Shown here: positions 45,886 to 57,900 of the stretch, piece by piece
Layout of the letters: the number at the start of each line of letters is the position of its first letter
Position numbering within the stretch: position 1 is the first letter of the stretch
Virus record (IMG/VR): IMGVR_UViG_3300049846_002130
Location: 1-64,000 of that record
Source of the DNA: a virus
Strand: one strand, 5' to 3'
DNA: 64,000 bases
Notes under the pieces: model-generated
Told to the model about the DNA's origin: nothing
Database searches by the model: none
The model's input: only the letters and a program-made list of their open reading frames with translations
Program-made: the position numbers and the translations under genes

Positions 45886-48800
45886 ATGTTCGAACCATAT
45901 GGCTCGATGGTTTGGAGTAATCAGCCTACTCAGCCCTCTGAAAATCGTCCTAATCGGTATCTAAATTTAGGCTTAGCATCTGTTGCTATGGGTGGTGCTT
46001 TTGCTTATGGCTTACACTCACGTCCTGACGATACTCGGCCGATAGATGCTCTTATTAGTGTAGCTAGGAATGTAGGCAATCTTACACCTTATCAGATTGG
46101 GAATACTTTTCGTGTTCCTGAGTTCTTAAGTCCCTTTGCTTCTCCTAAGTATCACAGACTTACTGCAAAGGGTGGGCAGTATACTCATACTTGGGATGCT
46201 GCTAGTCTATCTAATTCTAGTACCTATAGTTACCTTAAAGAATTAACTGGACTATCTGATAGCCAATTACATTCTTTTGGTATAGGTTCTAGATCATCTA
46301 AAGCTAATTTAGTATTCAAGAAAGATGCTACTGCTGTTCATGGACAGCTATATAGTGTCTTAAACGGTAAGGAGAGCCTGCTTCGTTCCAATGTTATGCT
46401 TATGCAGTATACTGGTGAGCGGAATGAAGTTCTAACATCACTAGGTAAGGCTCCTGAGTTTACTCCTGTTAATAAAGCGATCAAGTCTGTTTTTGCTGCT
46501 ATGGATATGTGGCGGTATAAGGACTTTAAAGAAGGCAATGTCTTGCTTTCTGGGAAGAACAGACCGTCGTTAATACCTGTGCCTGGTATTGAAGCCAGTT
46601 ATTCTGGCACAACATATCTTAGGTCTATTGGTGCTTTTCAAATGGAGAGGTTTAACCATCTACTGGGTAATATTGGTGGTGAACTATTTGGCTCTTCACT
46701 TGATAAAGTTTTTAAGCGGATACTGGGTACGGGAGTTGGAGTGGCTTCTGGGCCAGCTTCGAGTATGTTCTTTCGATTTGGTGGTAAGGCTGCTCTAGCT
46801 GGAGCAATAGGTATTGGAGCAGTAGCAGAGACAGATTGGATTAGGCGTAGGTTTGGAACTCCGGGACATATGATTGCAAGCACAGCAATTGCTGGTGGGC
46901 TTGGAGTGTTAGCTACTAGGGCTGGGTTTAAAGGTAAGACTGGGGCATTAATCGCTGGGGGAGCTTTTATTGGCCAAATGCTTTTACCTGGGTTTAATAA
47001 AGGTGTCGTGCCAGGACTTGCTACGTCGTATACTAATCTTCAGCTAGCAAGAGCCAGTAGCTTAAATCCCTTTAATTATTATCGTAGAACGGTAGAGGGT
47101 TTCTTACCCGGTATTAGTGGATTTGGTGTAGCAGCTGGTATTGGTATTGCTATGGCGACAGCTCCACATCTAAAGATTCCTGGTACAGGCAGACGAGTGC
47201 CTCAAATTCTTTTAGATCAACTTGGTCGCACTACTCTTGGGTTTAAACCAAAGACTCTCAGTGGTCTTTCTGTTGAAGTCCCCAAAACAGTACGTGATAT
47301 TTTTTGGGACAAAATGATGTCTCATGGTCTTCAAGAACTAAATGGTCCTAAGTTTGCAAAGATATATCAGCAGTATGCTGCTAATGGCCACTACTCTACC
47401 ATGAGTATGAGAAATAGGTTAATGAGAGAATTCTATACTCAACGACCAGTTGAAGAAACGAGTCGAGCTATGGAGCATCTCTTTGCTGCTGCAGAAACAG
47501 AGTATGACGAGTTAGCAAAAAGAAATCCGATTAATCACCATATGGTTGATGAGCTAACAGCTATTGCTACTAGATATTCTGGTAAAGGTGACTTTATATC
47601 TCGTGCCACAATGCAGGCAGAGGGTTTGGTTAGCCAGCTTAAGCATAGCTTTTTTGGAGCTGTACTTCACGAAGAAAGTACAGCTAAAGCCATGGCTTCC
47701 CTTGGGTTCAAATCTCCTCTTGGCTCTTTCGGATTATTGTTTGCAGCTGGAGCAACTGCCTTTGGTATAGCAAGTGGTGGTCTCTTGGGTTCAATGCGAA
47801 CAAAAGAAGAGCTTGAAGATATTTATTCTGGCAGACAACTTGTTGAAGTTAAGAAGGGTAGATTTTGGGAAGCGGGTGGTACCCCGTGGGAAGGTGGACT
47901 AACTTCTCAGTTAAGGCCTCATTGGTATCCAATAATGATGTCTCGGGCTCAACAAGCCGGAACATGGGGATCTGATGAAGACAATCTAGATCCTATTAGC
48001 AAGTGGGCTCTTTCTAATTTTACATATGAGCTAGAAAGAAGAAACTATTATGATCGACCCTATCCCATTAGTGGGGCAGCTTTTGCTAATGTTCCTATCA
48101 TTGGAGGACTATTAAGTTCTACGATTGGACGATTAATTAAGCCTCCAAAGATTATGCATGCTAATGAGTGGGCTCGTATGGGGGCTGGGGGTGCAGAGTA
48201 TGCTTCTTTGTATGAGGGTTGGAAGCGTGAACCATCATATGCAATGGGCGCATCTATGCCTGGTATACCTATAAGTCCATATAGTGCAGCACATGCTTTG
48301 AGTCAAGTTAACTATCAGGCTCAAGAGTTAGCAGGTTTGACTGGGTGGGTTGGCTCTCTAATTCAGGAGGGTTTAACCGGTAAACCATATTGGCATGGGG
48401 ACTCACCTGTCTTGGCAGATGCTTCGATACTCTCTAGTGCCAGAAGGACATTATGGGATGCACAGTTGGGCGGTATGGGTCCTTTAGGTGAAATAATTCG
48501 ACGGGTTCTTCCAAGCTATCCAAAAGATGTTGAGAGAACCAATCCCCTACTAAACACGATGCCCAGCTGGCTACCAGATCAATTTGCATATGGTGACCCA
48601 TATGCGCAGATCCCATATGGAGAGGCTGTTTTACCAGGACCTGGTTATGCAGCTTTACATCCAGAACTTAGAGGCGTAAGCCCAGAAGATTATCCCTTGT
48701 TACACAGATATAATATTCTGTCGCAGGTATCACCTTTAAGTAAAGAATTTAGAAGTACAAAAGATAAGGTCTATCGAGCACGAGCTGCTGGTTTATTAAC

Positions 48801-49905
48801 TTCTGAACAAGAAGCATATGTAGATAGATTGGATTATCTAACTAATAAGCGGTGGGCTGGATATGTTGATCAAGAGTTTGATCCAAATGCTATTCGTCTT
48901 CCTGGAAGTTCTTTTATTGCGGAGGGCAAGAGAGAAATCTTTAAGATGGCTAGGAAGGGTTTGGGGCCATTAGAATATCTAACACCATTCCGTCCACTAC
49001 AAAAACTTCTTGGCGATAGAGATCCAATTGAACAGTATGAATATGAAAGACTATATGGTAGCTCTGTTGCTTTCTGGGACAAACCATTTAGAGATTTCTT
49101 AAGACCAGCTATGTACTCCTTAGCTAACTATATGGGTTTTAGTGGTAAGCCCATATGGAGGCATGATGCTGATGCGACTAATGAACTATTTGATAAGGCA
49201 GAGTTTTACAAATGGATGTCTCTTGCAGAGCAGGCAGCAGCTCAAGGAGATACTCGAGATAAAATTCGATATGAGTATTTAGCAAGTAATACTCGTATGG
49301 GGGTAAACCCATACGGCAACCCATTAAGTATATACTGGTCTCTTCCTAATGAAGACCGAACTTATTTTAGTGCTTTTGCAACAGCAACTGGTAAGGACCG
49401 AGAACGTATTTTACAGATGGTTCCGGCAGACCAGGTACACCTTTATAAAGCTATGTGGTCTAGAGAAGATGCTGAAGATCCTAGTTTATGGACTGGGCTT
49501 AATACATCTCCCGACCAACAATACTTGTTTTCACAATACAATCAGTTAGATCGGAGTCAGTTGCCCGCCGATGATTGGATAGGCTATAACCAAGATGTCG
49601 ATATGCGGGACATCAAAGTTAGGTATGTTAATCAACAAGGTAAGGAGCTGCGTGACTTTGGTTTATGGGAGCAGGAACTTAAAAAAGCATATTCTCAACC
49701 ATACCTAGAAGGTTCTGAAACAGCAATTAGTTCTACGGAAATCAAAAGAGGCTGGTTAATGCATAGTATGAATAAGGTTTTTGATACTAGCGATATAAGC
49801 TTAATTAGTGGTAGTTCTCGCTATGGCACGATGGATTTAAATTATAATGATGATCGCCAAGTAGATATCGATAGGGCATTATTAGGGCAAATGAATGGCT
49901 ACTGA
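45886..49905 (+). CDS. Tape-measure-like large virion protein (1339 aa)
   Basis: Position after chaperones; Gly/Ala-rich hydrophobic blocks; helical C-terminus. Confidence 0.55.
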   Translation: MFEPYGSMVWSNQPTQPSENRPNRYLNLGLASVAMGGAFAYGLHSRPDDTRPIDALISVARNVGNLTPYQIGNTFRVPEFLSPFASPKYHRLTAKGGQYTHTWDAASLSNSSTYSYLKELTGLSDSQLHSFGIGSRSSKANLVFKKDATAVHGQLYSVLNGKESLLRSNVMLMQYTGERNEVLTSLGKAPEFTPVNKAIKSVFAAMDMWRYKDFKEGNVLLSGKNRPSLIPVPGIEASYSGTTYLRSIGAFQMERFNHLLGNIGGELFGSSLDKVFKRILGTGVGVASGPASSMFFRFGGKAALAGAIGIGAVAETDWIRRRFGTPGHMIASTAIAGGLGVLATRAGFKGKTGALIAGGAFIGQMLLPGFNKGVVPGLATSYTNLQLARASSLNPFNYYRRTVEGFLPGISGFGVAAGIGIAMATAPHLKIPGTGRRVPQILLDQLGRTTLGFKPKTLSGLSVEVPKTVRDIFWDKMMSHGLQELNGPKFAKIYQQYAANGHYSTMSMRNRLMREFYTQRPVEETSRAMEHLFAAAETEYDELAKRNPINHHMVDELTAIATRYSGKGDFISRATMQAEGLVSQLKHSFFGAVLHEESTAKAMASLGFKSPLGSFGLLFAAGATAFGIASGGLLGSMRTKEELEDIYSGRQLVEVKKGRFWEAGGTPWEGGLTSQLRPHWYPIMMSRAQQAGTWGSDEDNLDPISKWALSNFTYELERRNYYDRPYPISGAAFANVPIIGGLLSSTIGRLIKPPKIMHANEWARMGAGGAEYASLYEGWKREPSYAMGASMPGIPISPYSAAHALSQVNYQAQELAGLTGWVGSLIQEGLTGKPYWHGDSPVLADASILSSARRTLWDAQLGGMGPLGEIIRRVLPSYPKDVERTNPLLNTMPSWLPDQFAYGDPYAQIPYGEAVLPGPGYAALHPELRGVSPEDYPLLHRYNILSQVSPLSKEFRSTKDKVYRARAAGLLTSEQEAYVDRLDYLTNKRWAGYVDQEFDPNAIRLPGSSFIAEGKREIFKMARKGLGPLEYLTPFRPLQKLLGDRDPIEQYEYERLYGSSVAFWDKPFRDFLRPAMYSLANYMGFSGKPIWRHDADATNELFDKAEFYKWMSLAEQAAAQGDTRDKIRYEYLASNTRMGVNPYGNPLSIYWSLPNEDRTYFSAFATATGKDRERILQMVPADQVHLYKAMWSREDAEDPSLWTGLNTSPDQQYLFSQYNQLDRSQLPADDWIGYNQDVDMRDIKVRYVNQQGKELRDFGLWEQELKKAYSQPYLEGSETAISSTEIKRGWLMHSMNKVFDTSDISLISGSSRYGTMDLNYNDDRQVDIDRALLGQMNGY

Positions 49906-52900
49906 ATCTTTAGAGAACCAGGGTAATCCATACGGAAATATTATTAAAACAGCTATTGGTTTAGCTCCCTTAGCTGTAGGAGGCTATATTGCTTTCAATA
50001 AAATTAAAGGTAATACAGCTCTAAACCCAGCTATACCTTTGGGGGTTGGAGGTTCCGGTAATCTTATTTCGGTTGCATCTGAACTTGGTAAAGAAATTAA
50101 AGTTAATGTTGGGAAATCTAGAGCTGCAGATCTATCTCGTATAGATAAAGTTTCTAAAGAAATAATGAAAGCTGATGGACTAAAAAAGTTGTTCTCCACA
50201 GTAGAAGAACAGCGAGTTCTTGTCCAAAGTCTACTAGATACACTTTCAGATCCCACTAGTGGTGTAAGCCAAGATGTGCTTCTCTCTTACAGAGAGAAGC
50301 TTTTAAACTTAGCTACCAATGCACCAGATTCTGACGATATGAGGGAGTCCATAAAGGCTGTTGTTAAGGCTATTGATACCCAAGGGACTGATAATGCTAA
50401 GGTTCGGTTAGCTAAGAATCTTAGAGAATATAAGAAATTAGGACCAAGCTTAGTCCCACCGGGACAGGCATTAACTCCTGAGCGAGGCTATATTGATCTT
50501 AACTTTTCTGGTCTTAAAGGTCATGTGTCTGATTCGAATACATACAAAGCTATTAAGAGAAGATATAAGGCATTAGAGAATGCCTTAGGTGGTGGAGGTA
50601 GGCAACGTATTCAACTAGTTGGTAAAGAGTTTGATGGAGCCTTTTCTGTATACGCTCGTGTTTCAACAGGTAGTAGGTTTACTGCAACAGTACCCCTTCA
50701 TGTTGGTACTAGTACTTCAGGGGTTAGAGGGTTGTTCTTAAATGAAGGTATGACCACTGGCTATGCAGCACCTAGACAGTTTTTAAGCGCACAAAAACTT
50801 CATAGTCTCGGACCTGGGTTAAAGGCCGGTGCCGGGACTGCTGAAGTTGCTATGGAAGATGTGTTCTTAAATGAATTCGTTTCTCGCTTAAAAAATGTTA
50901 ATGGCAGGACTATGCTTGAAAATACAAATGCATATGGGGCTTGGCAGCGACAGTTTTTAACTGTTATGCCAAGAGGGGCATATTCTGCTGATCGTTCAGG
51001 CCATTTACTAGGTACCATAGCTCAGGCTCAAAATTATGCAACTGTTGTTGGTTGGCAAGGTCTTGGTAAAGAAGCTCAATATGACATTATGACTAGATTA
51101 GGTGCTGCTGCTGGTTATGAGGCCAATGCACCTGGCTACCAGATGATTGTTCGGGGTATTGATGATGAAACTATTGGCCGAATGGGTATGGCTAGTGGGA
51201 GCGCATTGCATTCTTTAATGCCATCTCAGTCAGCTGATAGATTTTACTTTCCAGTAGAATCTCGTATTGAGCAGATGATTGGTCGGACAGCACAGTTTGT
51301 AGACGATAAGCCTATGAGAATGGGAAGAGGAGGAGTTTTTTCTGCTGGAGCTATGCATGCTGGTGGATTAAGTGCCACCAATATGGTCGGTCAAAATATC
51401 GAATGGGCGAATAATTTGACAGGAGCAACTAATAAGGCTGTCGTTATGGTCTTTAACAAAGACAATCCAATCTATAAAACTATGGAGGGTAGTGGTGCTG
51501 CACTCTATGCTGGTAGAGATAAAGTTGTAGACTTTATCTCTAAACCAGTCCTAGACCCCACGGCGACAAAACAAATGAGTAGCAAACTATTTCAGCATCT
51601 AACTACTACTTATAAGCCAGGTGAAGAGTTTACTATCTCTAGGGAAATGCTAAAGGAGCATGGAGCCTTTCTTGGATTTAGTGGTAATGGCCCCCAGCAT
51701 CTACGGCTAGATCCCCGAACCGATAGTATGCAGGCTATCTATAATGTCACTGAAACAAATGGTAAAAGAAATATTAACTTTATGATTAAGCATCAGCGAG
51801 ATATGGAGACATGGAAAGCATTTTCTCTTTCCCATAAAGGTATGTTACAGCAGATTGGAGGGCGGCGATTTATTCAGCACCTTGAAGATCTTGGTTTGTC
51901 AAAAGCCCGTCGTCAGTCTCTTGGTATACCAACAAGACATACTGTTATAGCTACACCAGATATGCTCAAGAAGGGAGCTGGATTATTAGACCTTCAAATG
52001 TCTGGTGCTTATGCTATGGTAACTGGTGATACTAATTATTTGTCTAGTATTCGTAAAGCTGGTATGGCCTTTGGTCAAGGTCTAGACGATTCTCGATTAG
52101 CTAGAACATTTGGTGGAGTAACAAGTCTACTCTCTAAGCAATTTCAAGCAGGAAAAGTTTCTGCTGAAGATATTGGTTTGGTGCTTTCTGGGGCTTGGTT
52201 TATGGGGGACAAGCATAAACGTTTTGGACTGACTCAAGATCTTCAGAAAGGTTTGATAGAGAAGCATTTTGGTAATGATTCTGGACAGGTGCTAGCTGCG
52301 ATACAGAAAGGTGTTGGTCTGTCACCAACTTCTATGGTACAGGGCATGGGGCCTGGAGACTATGGATTGGGAAGAGGTTCAATAGAGCCAAGATTTCTTC
52401 AAATGCTTCAGCAACAGTTACAGAATATGGGTATGACATCTGTACAGTCAGCTAAAGTATTAGCTGATATATATGGTCGAAAGCTTGGCGGAGCCAATGC
52501 TATAAAAGCTTCACAGGGAATGATGAAGTTCTTAGAGAGTGTTGGTGGACATCAAGGCCTAGCAACTGGTATCGAGCAACTTGTTAAAGGTGTTCCTGAA
52601 TATACACTTGCCGATCTAGGAAAAATAACCTCACAGGATTTTGCTAACTTCTTATCTGAACATAAGAATGGCTTTACTCTTAATCTAACTTCTGGTGTTG
52701 ATAGTGTCGCAAAGTCTGCAATTGCGGCAGCTGCTACCGATGTACTTGGACAGGGAAATGTTTATTTTCCTGGCTTGGAAATGACCGAAGCAATGAGAGA
52801 TGTCTTTATCAAAAATTCTGGTGAGATGGATACTGTTGTTCATGGCGAGTGGATGCGGAACTCAGAGAATTTCTTAAAGTCTATTCATGGTATTAGTACC

Positions 52901-54901
52901 CAGACTGTTGGAGCTTCTGATGCAGCTCGTGGAGCGATTGAGGGATTTGTTAAGCGAGGCAGAAAGATGGCGGCTGATACTATCCACAATATCCATCGTG
53001 GGAAGATTCGTGGCATGCAGGCAATGATAGCCGCTCCATTTGCTCTTGAATCTAATGTTGGTTTTGCTAAATCTTCACAGTTTAAGTTTGCTCGCAATAT
53101 TATGAGAAAGACTCGTGGCCAAGCTGTATTCTTTGACTCTACAGCTTTTATTAGTCAGCTTGCTGACTACATGGGCACCAAAGATGGTAATGTCGGTCAT
53201 GCTGCCCGCCAGGCTGAAATGTTTTTCTTGAGCCCAGAACTAGCTATGTCTAGTGGAAAGATGGGCAAGGTTAAGGGATTGGCACAAATTGGTCAGCGCC
53301 ACCCGACAGCATCTCTTGGTAATATATTTGTTACTCAAGTTTATCGAGATCCTAGAGAATTGGGAAAGAGTAACGATTATCTTAATACCTTTCTTGAGAC
53401 AGAGGTTGGTAAAGGATGGGCGGCCAAAAAGATTCGTCGATTCAAAGATCTAGAACAGCTAAGTGCTGGTAAGCGTCGGGCCTTTTTCACTGACTTTGTT
53501 AGAGAAATTGATTCGTTTGCTCCAGAGGGTGGGGGCATTGCATATCTTCCTGTAGCTAAAGCAAAAGTAAATCTTATTGGTGCCAATGAGCCATCTATGA
53601 ATGTTGATATAGGATTTTCTGCTGCAGCCATTGGTGACTTCGACGGAGATACATTTATGTTCACCCCTGTAAATAGTGATACAGGTAAGTTACTTCTTGG
53701 GCGAATGGGCAAGAAGTCTATGGACGAATGGGCTGCTAGTAATGCACTGTACAAGATTAAATCAGAACTCTTTACGAAGGAAGCCAAGGCAGGGTTAGAT
53801 AGACAAGCAGGGTCTGTAGTAGATATTGATGAGGCTATCAAGCAGGGGCTACTAAAAGAACAGGCAGCTAAGGCTGCTGTTGGAAGTCTAGATACTAGAC
53901 TTAATAAACTTAGGTTATCCTTGGTTGATATGCACCTTTCAGGACAAGCTAGCAGAGATCAGGTTTCTGAAGCATTGAGCTTACTAAAGGTCTTACAAGA
54001 GCACACAACTATTAAGGGTAAAAAGCTTCCTGTTTACAAACCATTTGCAGAAAGTTTAACAGCTGCCGTAGATAGAGTATTCGATTCTGGTGACTGGGGT
54101 TCGTTTGAACGAGTGCTCAATGAAGATATTTTTAAAGGAAGCCAACTACTTGAAGGCGGAGTTACTATAGATAGTGTAAGTTCTGATGGGTTTGGCTTTT
54201 TCGGTCGCGGAGTTCAAAAGCAACAAGTAAGTCTTGCGCAGACAGTGGCTACGATGAAGCAAGCTGTTAGTCGATCGCAGGTAACTGGTATAGCTAATGC
54301 CCCATCAGCAAACTGGATGGTAAAAGGTTTAGCTTCACAAGACCCAGTAGAAGCTGAGCGAATGATGACGCTAATGACTAGTGGGCAGCTTCAAGCTACA
54401 GCTACTTTGATGTCAGCTACGGAGGATGCTGGCCAGATAACAAAGACAGCTCTTGCTCGGGGCCAGTCTATATTACAAAATATAGGCCATTATATTTCTG
54501 GTTTAGACAATAAGACTACGGGTATTATTGCTGGAGGTATATTGGCGGCAACTGCCACGATGGCAATGATTGGTAATAGAGGGTATAGTAGTCAAGCTCT
54601 TACAATGCCTGGAGAGATTGCTGGTAACGATATAGATAAACAAATTTCTAGCGGACAGCTTTTGGGGCCGCCGCGAAAGAATTATCCTACAGCAACCCCA
54701 CAACAAATTGGAACCACCTATGTACAAGGTAGAAGTACATATTCGGTTCGTGGTATTTTACATGGAATTGGTGACGTAGCTAACGCAACTAACTATCTAA
54801 GTACTATTAGTGGTGGGAATATGAGAGGCTCTGTAAGTATCAATGATAATCGTAGACCCATCAGTGGCAGTTATGTAGATCGTTTCTTTGGAGTATACTA
54901 G
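49895..54901 (+). CDS. Candidate virion-packaged two-barrel RNA polymerase (1668 aa)
   Basis: AAIGDFDGD (53636-53650) preceded by QRHPT and AYLP; K......HKG upstream; VG helix and QEHTTIKGK downstream; C-terminal hydrophobic helix. Confidence 0.78.
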   Translation: MATESLENQGNPYGNIIKTAIGLAPLAVGGYIAFNKIKGNTALNPAIPLGVGGSGNLISVASELGKEIKVNVGKSRAADLSRIDKVSKEIMKADGLKKLFSTVEEQRVLVQSLLDTLSDPTSGVSQDVLLSYREKLLNLATNAPDSDDMRESIKAVVKAIDTQGTDNAKVRLAKNLREYKKLGPSLVPPGQALTPERGYIDLNFSGLKGHVSDSNTYKAIKRRYKALENALGGGGRQRIQLVGKEFDGAFSVYARVSTGSRFTATVPLHVGTSTSGVRGLFLNEGMTTGYAAPRQFLSAQKLHSLGPGLKAGAGTAEVAMEDVFLNEFVSRLKNVNGRTMLENTNAYGAWQRQFLTVMPRGAYSADRSGHLLGTIAQAQNYATVVGWQGLGKEAQYDIMTRLGAAAGYEANAPGYQMIVRGIDDETIGRMGMASGSALHSLMPSQSADRFYFPVESRIEQMIGRTAQFVDDKPMRMGRGGVFSAGAMHAGGLSATNMVGQNIEWANNLTGATNKAVVMVFNKDNPIYKTMEGSGAALYAGRDKVVDFISKPVLDPTATKQMSSKLFQHLTTTYKPGEEFTISREMLKEHGAFLGFSGNGPQHLRLDPRTDSMQAIYNVTETNGKRNINFMIKHQRDMETWKAFSLSHKGMLQQIGGRRFIQHLEDLGLSKARRQSLGIPTRHTVIATPDMLKKGAGLLDLQMSGAYAMVTGDTNYLSSIRKAGMAFGQGLDDSRLARTFGGVTSLLSKQFQAGKVSAEDIGLVLSGAWFMGDKHKRFGLTQDLQKGLIEKHFGNDSGQVLAAIQKGVGLSPTSMVQGMGPGDYGLGRGSIEPRFLQMLQQQLQNMGMTSVQSAKVLADIYGRKLGGANAIKASQGMMKFLESVGGHQGLATGIEQLVKGVPEYTLADLGKITSQDFANFLSEHKNGFTLNLTSGVDSVAKSAIAAAATDVLGQGNVYFPGLEMTEAMRDVFIKNSGEMDTVVHGEWMRNSENFLKSIHGISTQTVGASDAARGAIEGFVKRGRKMAADTIHNIHRGKIRGMQAMIAAPFALESNVGFAKSSQFKFARNIMRKTRGQAVFFDSTAFISQLADYMGTKDGNVGHAARQAEMFFLSPELAMSSGKMGKVKGLAQIGQRHPTASLGNIFVTQVYRDPRELGKSNDYLNTFLETEVGKGWAAKKIRRFKDLEQLSAGKRRAFFTDFVREIDSFAPEGGGIAYLPVAKAKVNLIGANEPSMNVDIGFSAAAIGDFDGDTFMFTPVNSDTGKLLLGRMGKKSMDEWAASNALYKIKSELFTKEAKAGLDRQAGSVVDIDEAIKQGLLKEQAAKAAVGSLDTRLNKLRLSLVDMHLSGQASRDQVSEALSLLKVLQEHTTIKGKKLPVYKPFAESLTAAVDRVFDSGDWGSFERVLNEDIFKGSQLLEGGVTIDSVSSDGFGFFGRGVQKQQVSLAQTVATMKQAVSRSQVTGIANAPSANWMVKGLASQDPVEAERMMTLMTSGQLQATATLMSATEDAGQITKTALARGQSILQNIGHYISGLDNKTTGIIAGGILAATATMAMIGNRGYSSQALTMPGEIAGNDIDKQISSGQLLGPPRKNYPTATPQQIGTTYVQGRSTYSVRGILHGIGDVANATNYLSTISGGNMRGSVSINDNRRPISGSYVDRFFGVY

Positions 54902-57900
54902 TGACAATTAGTGTAAGGTCCCCCACTGATATTGGTGGTAAGAATGTCTTTGTTCTTAATGATATAGATCTTAATATTCCTCCCACACAGATAGAGGTTC
55001 GAAATGAAAACCTTATCTATCAGTACAAGACTTTAAGAACAAAGGTAAGCACTAAGGTACCTACTGGACATGGGCAGGCTGTTATTACAGCCCGCATACC
55101 TTTTACTCCCAGTACACTATTAGACCTACATAGATTAATAGTTCAGTTTAGATATAGCCCGTTCTTTTATCTAGATAACAGATATGTAAGAGAGACATTG
55201 GTACCAGATTGGCCATGGTCTCAAAACATGGCTGTAACAATTACTGGACTTAATGTTTCTAGTATGCCCGGCAGTTCAGATACACTTGTAGCTGATCTTG
55301 ATATGTTGTGGTTTAATTACTTCCCGTATCTTCACAACTTCTACTTTAGGGAAGATTGGCAGACGAATTGGATTCGAGATGAAAAGAATCCGGCAAAGTC
55401 TCATACCTTTTCAGTAGGCTGGACCTTAGATAAAGATAGCTATAAGCGGAACCATGCTCCTTCTATCTTGGCTTCTCGTGATTTCGAAGAAACATCTAAT
55501 GCTTTGGTAAGTTCTGATATCTATACTGCTAAGAAGCCAACCTGGAGCATCTCTGAAGGTAGTTATAAGTCTAGTACTAATAGGACTATCTTTGAGATGG
55601 AAGCAGCTCATCCTGGTATAGAGTTTGATCTGCTGCCAGTTCCAGGCAATATGCAGCCAGCCCGTATAGTTACTCAACCAAGAAATAGTTATATCTTTGT
55701 TAGATTTATGAATCTCTTACAAAGAGATTCATTATTTAAGAATTTTGGTATCGACGTCGATCAGGATTTGCGAGATTACGAGCGTAACCATAACCTAACT
55801 GGACTCTGGGATAGATTCTTTTCTATAGGTAAAGATCTTGAAGGTAATCCATTTGTAGCTGGTTTACATAGTATTTCTGTACCACTAGAGTTGAGAAATA
55901 AATGGATTTCTCAAATGCGTCAGTTCAATCATAGAATTAAATTTCTTTACAATGGTTATAAAGAGATACGATTACCGCAAAAGTTTGTAGAGGCTACTCA
56001 AAATAGACGTAACAATGCTGTTATTAGCCTTGCTCAAAGGGCTAGCTATTGGTCTAAGTATGGTACGGGTAACTACATCCCCACCGTTCAAGATGATCCT
56101 GTTACCACCGTTCTTGTAGGAAGGCCAGCAAGGATTACAGACGTGTTTGGTTCGACTGGCAGCGTAAATGGCAAGCCTAGGCCTAGACCACATGGTGGCT
56201 TGGATATTGGTGTCCCAGTAACCACCCCTCTATATGCTCCTATAAATGGAACTATTTCCAGTGTTAAAACCAGTGCTGATGGATCTGGTGGAAGGCAAAT
56301 AGTACTAAGGGGAGACGATGGGAGTATGTGGTGGTTCTTACACTTGGAATTAATTCAGGCTGGTAAGAATCAGTCTGTCCAGGCTGGCCAGCGAATTGGG
56401 TTTACTGGTGCGACAGGGGAAGGTATTAGTGGCCCGCACCTTCATGTAGAATACATTGCTCCTGGGTCTAGTACAAAGTCAGATCCGTATTTAGTCCTTC
56501 AACGTATTTATGAGAGTCAGCAATATGGCTTACAGACTCAGTCTGAAGATATTTATGAGTTCTTACCAAATACAGAACAACAATCAACAGCACAAGAAGA
56601 TTTTATTAATGCAGCTAAGTATGAAGCTCAGGCTGCATTAAAGGCGACTGATGAGGAGGCGGAGGCCCTAGTTGAACTCTTTCAGCTTCTAAGTGAAGAG
56701 GGCTGGTACTTTTACGATAAAGATTCAAGTGTTACAAATGTTTGGCAGAAGACAATTGTTTTAGATATAAATCATTCTGGTTTAGACCGAGTAACTGGAA
56801 TAGCTCAAGAGCCCGAAGTGTTTAGACAGGCCGGCATTATCTGTACAGCTATTAATGGTAGTATCTCACATATTGTATCAAAGATACCTATTCTTTCTCA
56901 TGAATGGCCTACCCATCAGCATCTTGGCTCAATTGAGCCTAAGTATGAGCTAGAGTTTATGGTACTAGATGACCAAACCGATCTTGAAGGCATCGGCTCT
57001 ATGGCACAACTTGTTCAGGGAATGCGTAGTGTGGCCCAGTCTAATAGCCGTAAGTTTCGGCCCATTATTGATGGTCACTGCATTGCTACAGACACTTTTA
57101 TCACAAGGTTACTTGGTACATATCAAAATAATGATCTAAAGGTCTTGGAAGCTCTTAATGAAATTGCAGATATAGACCTAAAGAAAAAGACAGTTATTAG
57201 TAGCTCCTACTCTGGAACAGTAGATGGAAATCCTGGTCTTAGTGTAATTAATTACACTTTAGAAGAAACAAATCCTTATGAGCCAGAGAAGCTTTTTAGT
57301 ACTGCCCCATCTCTACAAGATAAAGAAACCAGTAGAAAGCAGGTGCTGCAAAAGATCTACGACCTAGATGTCGTTGCACAGTATAAGCCCATTGTTGTTG
57401 GATTGTTTGTTGGCTCAAAGATTAATCCGAACTTGATAGATCCAAGATCTGATTCCTTTGGAAAGTTTCTTCTAAAAAAGAATCCCGCAGAGAACTTTAA
57501 TCAACCATACTTATATGTTGATACTGTATCTGATGAGCGACTTGCTGAGAATATTATTGTCTTCCCTTATGGTAGTCCTTCAGAGTTAGATTGGTTGAAT
57601 ACACTTGGTATAGATTATGATGATACAAGTTGGGGTCAAGGATGGGCCTCTATACCAAGCACCTATTTAGACACGGCTAGTACTCAATCTAATTATCAGC
57701 TTCCTGGATATGTTGCTGGTATGTCTGGTTATGCTTACGTAGCACCAGATGATATTACATTACCACCATTAGAGGAATCAGTTAGCTATAACCTCCTCGA
57801 TATGGCCAAGATAAATAATAATTCTGATATCGACTTTGCAGCTTTTCAAAGATTTGCTGATTACTATGTTGCTATAAAGCAAACCTTGGAAACAGGCGAA

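Noticed and set aside
49890-49910. Single fused tape-measure-RNAP ORF
   Set aside because: Ordinary 11-nt stop/start overlap in different frames; no frameshift signal seen
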